IMG/VR virus record: IMGVR_UViG_3300029875_000335
Length of the DNA stretch: 31,966 nucleotides
Strand: one strand, 5' to 3'
Source: a virus
Taxonomy: Duplodnaviria > Heunggongvirae > Uroviricota > Caudoviricetes > Peduoviridae
Part shown: positions 26,431 to 31,966 of the stretch, in pieces
Layout of the letters: each line of letters starts with the position of its first letter
How positions within the stretch are numbered: position 1 is the stretch's first letter
Program-made: the position numbers and the translations under genes
Notes under the pieces: generated by a model
Databases searched by the model: none
Seen by the model: the letters and a program-made list of their open reading frames with translations, nothing else
Told to the model about the DNA's origin: nothing

Positions 26431-28870
26431 CAATGTAAAATTACAGGTATTGCTCAGGGCTGTTGACCAGGCATCCCGCCCGTTTAAATCCATCCGTACA
26501 GCGAGCAAATCGCTGTCGGGGGATATCCGGGAAACACAAAAATCACTGCGCGAGCTGAACGGTCAGGCATCCCGTATTGAGGGATTTCGCAAGACCAGCG
26601 CACAGCTTGCCGTGACTGGTCATGCACTTGAAAAGGCTCGGCAGGAAGCCGAAGCCCTTGCCACACAGTTTAAAAACACCGAACGTCCGACCCGTGCTCA
26701 GGCGAAAGTGCTGGAATCCGCAAAGCGTGCGGCGGAGGACTTACAGGCGAAATATAACCGCCTGACGGATTCCGTTAAACGCCAGCAGCGGGAACTGGCC
26801 GCTGTGGGAATTAATACCCGCAATCTTGCACATGATGAGCAGGGACTGAAAAACCGTATCAGTGAAACCACCGCACAACTTAACCGTCAGCGCGACGCGC
26901 TGGCGCGTGTCAGTGCGCAACAGGCAAAACTTAACGCAGTAAAACAGCGTTATCAGGCCGGAAAGGAACTGGCCGGAAATATGGCCTCAGTAGGCGCTGC
27001 CGGTGTGGGGATTGCGGCGGCGGGAACGATGGCCGGAGTTAAGTTGCTGATGCCCGGTTATGAGTTTGCGCAGAAAAACTCAGAATTGCAGGCTGTGCTC
27101 GGTGTGGCAAAAGACTCCGCCGAAATGGCTGCACTACGCAAGCAGGCGCGCCAGCTCGGCGACAACACCGCCGCCTCAGCGGATGATGCAGCCGGTGCGC
27201 AGATTATCATTGCGAAAGCCGGTGGAGATGCTGCGGCTATTCAGGCGGCAACGCCGGTCACGCTGAATATGGCACTGGCGAATCAGCGGTCGATGGAAGA
27301 AAACGCGCAACTGTTGCTGGGGACTAAGGCATCCTTTCAACTGTCAAATGATGATGTCAGCCATGTGGGCGACGTGTTGTCGGCAACGATGAATAAGTCG
27401 GCGGCTGATTTTCAGGGACTCAGTGATGCACTGACTTACCTCGGTCCGGTTGCTAGGACGGCAGGTGTAAGTCTTGAACAGGCAGCGGCCATGACAGGTG
27501 TGCTGCATGACAATAACATCAGGGGGTCAATGGCGGGGACGGGGAGCAGTGCCGTTGTCACCCGATTACAGGCACCGACTGGAAAAGCATGGGATGCACT
27601 CAAAGAGCTTGGCGTTAAAACCTCGGACAAAAAGGGAAATATGCGTCCGTTGTTCACCATTCTGAAAGAGATTCAGGCCAGCTTTGATAAACACAAGCTG
27701 GGAACGTCTCAGAAGGGGGAATACCTTAAAACCATTTTTGGTGAGGAAGCCCTGAAATCAGCGAACGTTTTACTGGCAGCGGCAGCAAGCGGAAAACTGG
27801 ATAAGCTGACCGCCACGCTGAAAGCCTCGGACGGTAAAACGGAAGAGCTGGTTAAAATCATGCAGGATAACCTCGGCGGTGACTTTAAGGAGTTTCAGTC
27901 TGCTTATGAGGCGGTGGGGACTGACCTGTTTGACCAGCAGGAAGGCGCACTGCGTAAGCTCACTCAGACGGCCACAAAGTATGTGTTAAAACTCGACGGC
28001 TGGATCCAGAAAAACAAATCACTGGCGTCAACCATCGGCCTCATTGTCGGTGGCGCGCTGGCGCTGATTGGCATCATCGGTGCAATTGGTCTTGTAGCCT
28101 GGCCGGTTATCACCGGCATCAATGCCATCATCGCGGCAGCAGGCGCAATGGGGGCAATCTTCACGACGGTTGGCAGTGCTGTTATGACCGCCATCGGGGC
28201 TATTAGCTGGCCGGTTGTGGCTGTGGTGGCTGCCATTGTCGCCGGGGCGTTGCTTATCCGTAAATACTGGGAGCCTGTCAGCGCATTCTTTGGTGGTGTG
28301 GTTGAAGGGCTGAAAGCAGCATTTGCGCCGGTGGGGGAGCTGTTCTCGCCACTGAAACCGGTGTTTGACTGGCTGGGCGAAAAGTTACAGGCCGCGTGGC
28401 AGTGGTTTAAAAACCTGATTGCCCCGGTCAAAGCCACTCAGGACACCCTGAACCGTTGCCGTGATACTGGCGTCATGTTCGGGCAGGCACTGGCTGACAC
28501 GCTGATACTGCCGCTTAATGCGTTCAACAAACTGCGCAGCGGTATTGACTGGGTACTGGAAAAACTCGGCGTCATCAACAAAGAGTCTGACGCACTTGAC
28601 CAGACTGCCGCCAGAACTCATGCCGCCACGTATGGCACAGGTGGTTATATTCCGGCGAGCAGCTCTTATGCAGGCTATCAGGCTTACCAGCCGGTCACGG
28701 CACCGGCTGGTCGCTCTTATGTGGACCAGAGTAAAAACGAATATCACATCAACCTGACGGGCGGTACTGCGCCGGGGACACAGCTTGACCGCCAGTTACA
28801 GGATGCGCTCGAAAAATACGAGCGGGATAAACGTGCGCGCGCCCGTGCCAGCATGATGCATGACGGTTAA
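26423..28870 (+). CDS. T: Tail tape measure protein
   Basis: 815 aa, matching P2 gpT; coiled-coil N-terminal part and Gly/Ala-rich hydrophobic segments. Confidence 0.9.
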   Translation: MSNNVKLQVLLRAVDQASRPFKSIRTASKSLSGDIRETQKSLRELNGQASRIEGFRKTSAQLAVTGHALEKARQEAEALATQFKNTERPTRAQAKVLESAKRAAEDLQAKYNRLTDSVKRQQRELAAVGINTRNLAHDEQGLKNRISETTAQLNRQRDALARVSAQQAKLNAVKQRYQAGKELAGNMASVGAAGVGIAAAGTMAGVKLLMPGYEFAQKNSELQAVLGVAKDSAEMAALRKQARQLGDNTAASADDAAGAQIIIAKAGGDAAAIQAATPVTLNMALANQRSMEENAQLLLGTKASFQLSNDDVSHVGDVLSATMNKSAADFQGLSDALTYLGPVARTAGVSLEQAAAMTGVLHDNNIRGSMAGTGSSAVVTRLQAPTGKAWDALKELGVKTSDKKGNMRPLFTILKEIQASFDKHKLGTSQKGEYLKTIFGEEALKSANVLLAAAASGKLDKLTATLKASDGKTEELVKIMQDNLGGDFKEFQSAYEAVGTDLFDQQEGALRKLTQTATKYVLKLDGWIQKNKSLASTIGLIVGGALALIGIIGAIGLVAWPVITGINAIIAAAGAMGAIFTTVGSAVMTAIGAISWPVVAVVAAIVAGALLIRKYWEPVSAFFGGVVEGLKAAFAPVGELFSPLKPVFDWLGEKLQAAWQWFKNLIAPVKATQDTLNRCRDTGVMFGQALADTLILPLNAFNKLRSGIDWVLEKLGVINKESDALDQTAARTHAATYGTGGYIPASSSYAGYQAYQPVTAPAGRSYVDQSKNEYHINLTGGTAPGTQLDRQLQDALEKYERDKRARARASMMHDG

Positions 28871-28884
28871 GGAGGTAACGAAAA

Positions 28885-29364
28885 ATGATGCTCGCGTTAG
28901 GTATGTTTGTTTTTATGCGCCAGACGCTGCCACACCAGACCATGCAGCGTGAATCAGATTATCGCTGGCCGTCAAATTCCCGTATCGGCAAACGGGATGC
29001 CTTTCAGTTTCTCGGTGCGGGTGAGGAAAACATCACGCTTGCCGGTGTGCTTTATCCTGAACTGACCGGCGGAAAGCTGACGATGACCACGCTCAGACTG
29101 ATGGCAGAGGAAGGCCGGGCGTGGCCGTTGCTGGATGGCACCGGCATGATTTACGGCATGTATGTCATCAGCAAGGTGAGTGAAACAGGGAGTATTTTCT
29201 TTGCAGACGGCACACCCCGGAAAATTGATTTTACGCTGTCACTCACCCGCGTTGATGAATCACTGGCCGCGCTTTATGGCGATATCGGTAAACAGGCGGA
29301 ATCGCTCATCGGTAAGGCTGGCAGTATGGCGACTAAATTCACGGGTATGACGGGGGCGGGATAA
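28885..29364 (+). CDS. U: Tail protein U
   Basis: 159 aa, matching P2 gpU; GGAGG RBS. Confidence 0.85.
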   Translation: MMLALGMFVFMRQTLPHQTMQRESDYRWPSNSRIGKRDAFQFLGAGEENITLAGVLYPELTGGKLTMTTLRLMAEEGRAWPLLDGTGMIYGMYVISKVSETGSIFFADGTPRKIDFTLSLTRVDESLAALYGDIGKQAESLIGKAGSMATKFTGMTGAG

Positions 29365-30527
29365 TGCTGGATGCGCTGACATTTGATGCAGGCAGTACGC
29401 TGACGCCGGATTACATGCTGATGCTCGACAGCAGGGATATTACCGGCAATATCAGCGACCGTCTGATGAGTATGACCCTGACGGATAACCGGGGCTTTGA
29501 GGCTGACCAGCTTGATATTGAACTGAACGATGCCGACGGGCAGGTCGGGCTGCCGGTTCGTGGCGCTGTCCTGACGGTTTATATCGGCTGGAAAGGTTTT
29601 GCCCTGGTATGCAAAGGGAAATTTACCATTGATGAGGTTGAACACCGGGGAGCGCCGGATGTGGTCACCATCCGCGCCCGGAGTGCGGATTTTCGCGGGA
29701 CGCTCAATTCCCGCCGTGAAGGCTCCTGGCATGACACCACGCTTGGTGCGATTGTTGAGGCGATAGCCTCCCGTAACAGGCTGGAAGCCAGTGTCGCTCC
29801 GTCACTGGCAGGAATTAAAATCCCGCACATCGACCAGTCGCAGGAGTCTGATGCGAAATTTCTGACCCGTCTTGCAGAACGCAACGGCGGTGAGGTGTCG
29901 GTAAAAATGGGAAAACTGCTGTTTCTCAAAGCGGGGCAGGGGGTGACGGCCAGCGGTAAAAAAATCCCGCAGATTACCATCACCCGCAGCGACGGCGACC
30001 GTCATCATTTTGCGATTGCTGACCGTGGAGCCTACACAGGCGTAACGGCAAAGTGGTTACACACCAAAGACCCGAAGCCGCAAAAGCAGAAGGTAAAACT
30101 GAAACGCAAAAAGAAAGAGAAACACCTGCGCGCACTGGAGCACCCGAAAGCGAAACCGGTCACGCAGAAGAAAGCGCCAAAAGTACCGGAAGCGCGCGAA
30201 GGTGAATACATGGCCGGTGAGGCTGACAATGTTTTTGCCCTGACCACGGTATATGCCACGAAAGCGCAGGCCATGCGCGCCGCTCAGGCGAAGTGGGATA
30301 AACTGCAACGGGGCGTTGCGGAGTTCTCCATCAGCCTGGCTACCGGTCGGGCAGATATTTACACGGAAACACCGGTCAAAGTGTCAGGCTTTAAGCGCGT
30401 CATAGACGAGCAGGACTGGACAATCACTAAGGTGACACATTTTCTGAATAATAGCGGCTTCACGACGTCCTTGGAGCTTGAGGTCAGGCTTTCTGATGTG
30501 GAGTACGAAACAGAAGATGATGAGTGA
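29364..30527 (+). CDS. D: Tail protein D (late control gene D)
   Basis: 387 aa, matching P2 gpD; overlaps the U stop. Confidence 0.85.
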   Translation: MLDALTFDAGSTLTPDYMLMLDSRDITGNISDRLMSMTLTDNRGFEADQLDIELNDADGQVGLPVRGAVLTVYIGWKGFALVCKGKFTIDEVEHRGAPDVVTIRARSADFRGTLNSRREGSWHDTTLGAIVEAIASRNRLEASVAPSLAGIKIPHIDQSQESDAKFLTRLAERNGGEVSVKMGKLLFLKAGQGVTASGKKIPQITITRSDGDRHHFAIADRGAYTGVTAKWLHTKDPKPQKQKVKLKRKKKEKHLRALEHPKAKPVTQKKAPKVPEAREGEYMAGEADNVFALTTVYATKAQAMRAAQAKWDKLQRGVAEFSISLATGRADIYTETPVKVSGFKRVIDEQDWTITKVTHFLNNSGFTTSLELEVRLSDVEYETEDDE

Positions 30528-30608
30528 TGTTTTTATTTTATCTGTTTGTTTTATAAGGATAAATTAACTAAAATGGCACCGTCAACAAAACCGGAAGAGG
30601 TGCTCGCG

Positions 30609-30827
30609 ATGTTTCATTGTCCTTTATGCCAGCATGCCGCACATGCGCGTACAAGTCGCTATATCACTGACACGACAAAAGAGCGTTATCACCAGTGCCA
30701 GAACGTGAATTGCAGCGCCACGTTCATCACTTATGAGTCGGTACAGCGATACATCGTGAAGCCGGGAGAAGTCCACGCCGTAAGGCCGCACCCGTTGCCG
30801 TCAGGGCAGCAAATTATGTGGATGTAA
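30609..30827 (+). CDS. ogr: Late gene transcriptional activator Ogr (zinc finger)
   Basis: 72 aa from the ATG at 30609 (MFHCPLCQHAAHARTSRYITDTTKERYHQCQNVNCSATF...), a Cys4 zinc-finger matching P2 Ogr; the ORF track extends it upstream to 30546. Confidence 0.85.
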   Translation: MFHCPLCQHAAHARTSRYITDTTKERYHQCQNVNCSATFITYESVQRYIVKPGEVHAVRPHPLPSGQQIMWM

Positions 30828-30837
30828 TCACAAAAAT

Positions 30838-30865
30838 AGCCCCTCAGTTGAGGGGCTTTATTTAT
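30838..30865 (+). terminator. Rho-independent terminator after ogr
   Basis: Hairpin AGCCCCTC-AGTT-GAGGGGCT (30838..30857) followed by TTATTTAT. Confidence 0.65.
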
Positions 30866-30955
30866 GGTCGATGTGGACGCTATGTGGACAGCGTTTGATA
30901 TAAATCCATTCATATCATCAGGTTAGGTGCTTTTTTGTGACACCATCCCTGTCTT

Positions 30956-30982
30956 CCCCCACATGATGTGGGGGTTTTTTTT
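30956..30982 (+). terminator. Rho-independent terminator in the prophage-host junction
   Basis: Hairpin CCCCCACATGATGTGGGGG (30956..30974) followed by T8. Confidence 0.6.
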
Positions 30983-31063
30983 ATCCTCAATTTGCCTGTT
31001 GCTTAATGCATTGCAGATGATTTGCTTCCGTTATACTACCGTCAGTTGATAGCGGGAGTATTT

Positions 31064-31966
31064 ATGAATCAATCTTATGGACGGCTGGTCAGCCGGGCGG
31101 CGATTGCTGCGACGGCGATGGCTTCGCTGCTATTGCTGATTAAAATTTTTGCATGGTGGTATACCGGTTCGGTGAGTATTCTCGCCGCGCTTGTCGACTC
31201 GTTGGTGGATATTGGTGCGTCACTGACCAATTTATTGGTGGTGCGTTATTCGTTGCAACCGGCGGATGACGAACATACTTTTGGTCATGGTAAAGCGGAA
31301 TCCCTGGCTGCGTTGGCGCAAAGTATGTTTATCTCTGGTTCGGCGTTGTTTTTGTTTTTAACCGGGATCCAACATCTGATTTCACCGACGCCAATGAATG
31401 ATCCTGGTGTCGGTATTATCGTCACAATTGTCGCGTTAGTTTGCACCATCGTTCTTGTCTCGTTTCAGCGTTGGGTGGTTCGCCGTACACAAAGTCAGGC
31501 GGTGCGTGCAGATATGCTCCATTATCAGTCTGATGTTATGATGAACGGCGCGATTTTGCTGGCACTTGCATTATCCTGGTACGGCTGGCATAGCGCAGAT
31601 GCCCTGTTTGCTTTGGGTATTGGCATCTATATTTTATATAGTGCGTTACGCATGGGGTATGAGGCGGTACAGTCATTGCTGGATCGCGCGTTACCCGATG
31701 AGGAGCGGCAGGAAATTATTGATATCGTGACTTCCTGGCCGGGAGTAAGCGGCGCTCACGATCTTCGCACGCGGCAGTCAGGGCCGACTCGCTTTATTCA
31801 GATTCATTTGGAAATGGAAGACTCTCTGCCTCTGGTTCAGGCGCATATGGTGGCTGATCAGGTAGAGCAGGCTATTTTACGGCGTTTTCCAGGCTCGGAT
31901 GTCATTATTCATCAGGACCCTTGTTCCGTCGTGCCCAGGGAAGGTAAACGGTTTGAGCTATCATAA
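31064..31966 (+). CDS. fieF: Cation-diffusion-facilitator Fe(II)/Zn(II) efflux transporter FieF (YiiP), host gene
   Basis: 300 aa from the ATG at 31064 (GGGAG RBS), [51 protein letters not shown]..., matching E. coli FieF as I recall it; ordinary host-like composition. Confidence 0.85.
   Translation: MNQSYGRLVSRAAIAATAMASLLLLIKIFAWWYTGSVSILAALVDSLVDIGASLTNLLVVRYSLQPADDEHTFGHGKAESLAALAQSMFISGSALFLFLTGIQHLISPTPMNDPGVGIIVTIVALVCTIVLVSFQRWVVRRTQSQAVRADMLHYQSDVMMNGAILLALALSWYGWHSADALFALGIGIYILYSALRMGYEAVQSLLDRALPDEERQEIIDIVTSWPGVSGAHDLRTRQSGPTRFIQIHLEMEDSLPLVQAHMVADQVEQAILRRFPGSDVIIHQDPCSVVPREGKRFELS

Larger units (their letters stand above)
1..30865. mobile_element. P2-like prophage, integrated orientation; left end (attL) lies outside the window, right end approximate
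   Basis: Continuous P2 gene order with matching product lengths from int to ogr; internal cos at 7882..7900; host gene fieF begins at 31064. Confidence 0.85.

Noticed and set aside
30546-30608. Upstream extension of ogr to a 93-aa product
   Set aside because: The zinc-finger protein begins MFHCPLCQ... at the ATG at 30609, giving the 72-aa Ogr length; the extension has no counterpart in P2 Ogr.
1-31966. CRISPR arrays, tRNA/rRNA genes, insertion sequences
   Set aside because: No regularly spaced direct repeats, no cloverleaf-like or rRNA-like segments, and no transposase-like ORFs or terminal inverted repeats were seen; the only mobile element is the prophage itself.

Overview
This window is almost entirely one P2-like (Peduovirus-type) temperate prophage in an enterobacterial chromosome, followed by the host gene fieF (31064..31966). 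Gene order and product lengths match P2 in integrated orientation: int, C, cox, B, A | cargo 1 | cos | Q, P (minus) | O N M L X Y K lysA lysB lysC R S V W J I H G | cargo 2 | FI FII E/E' T U D ogr | attR region | fieF. The window opens exactly on the int stop codon, so attL is not visible. The backbone is GC-rich and conserved; variation is confined to three places. Two are visibly AT-rich single-gene insertions at the positions that in P2 hold tin/old (5898..7730, 610 aa) and Z/fun (23399..23926, 175 aa); the third is the distal part of tail fibre gene H. The two AT-rich cargo genes are the best candidates for an undescribed anti-phage or lysogenic-conversion function. Each carries an R-x4-H motif compatible with a HEPN-type RNase, but that is weak evidence on its own. 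All calls rest on reading the sequence and recalled phage biology; no database search was run.
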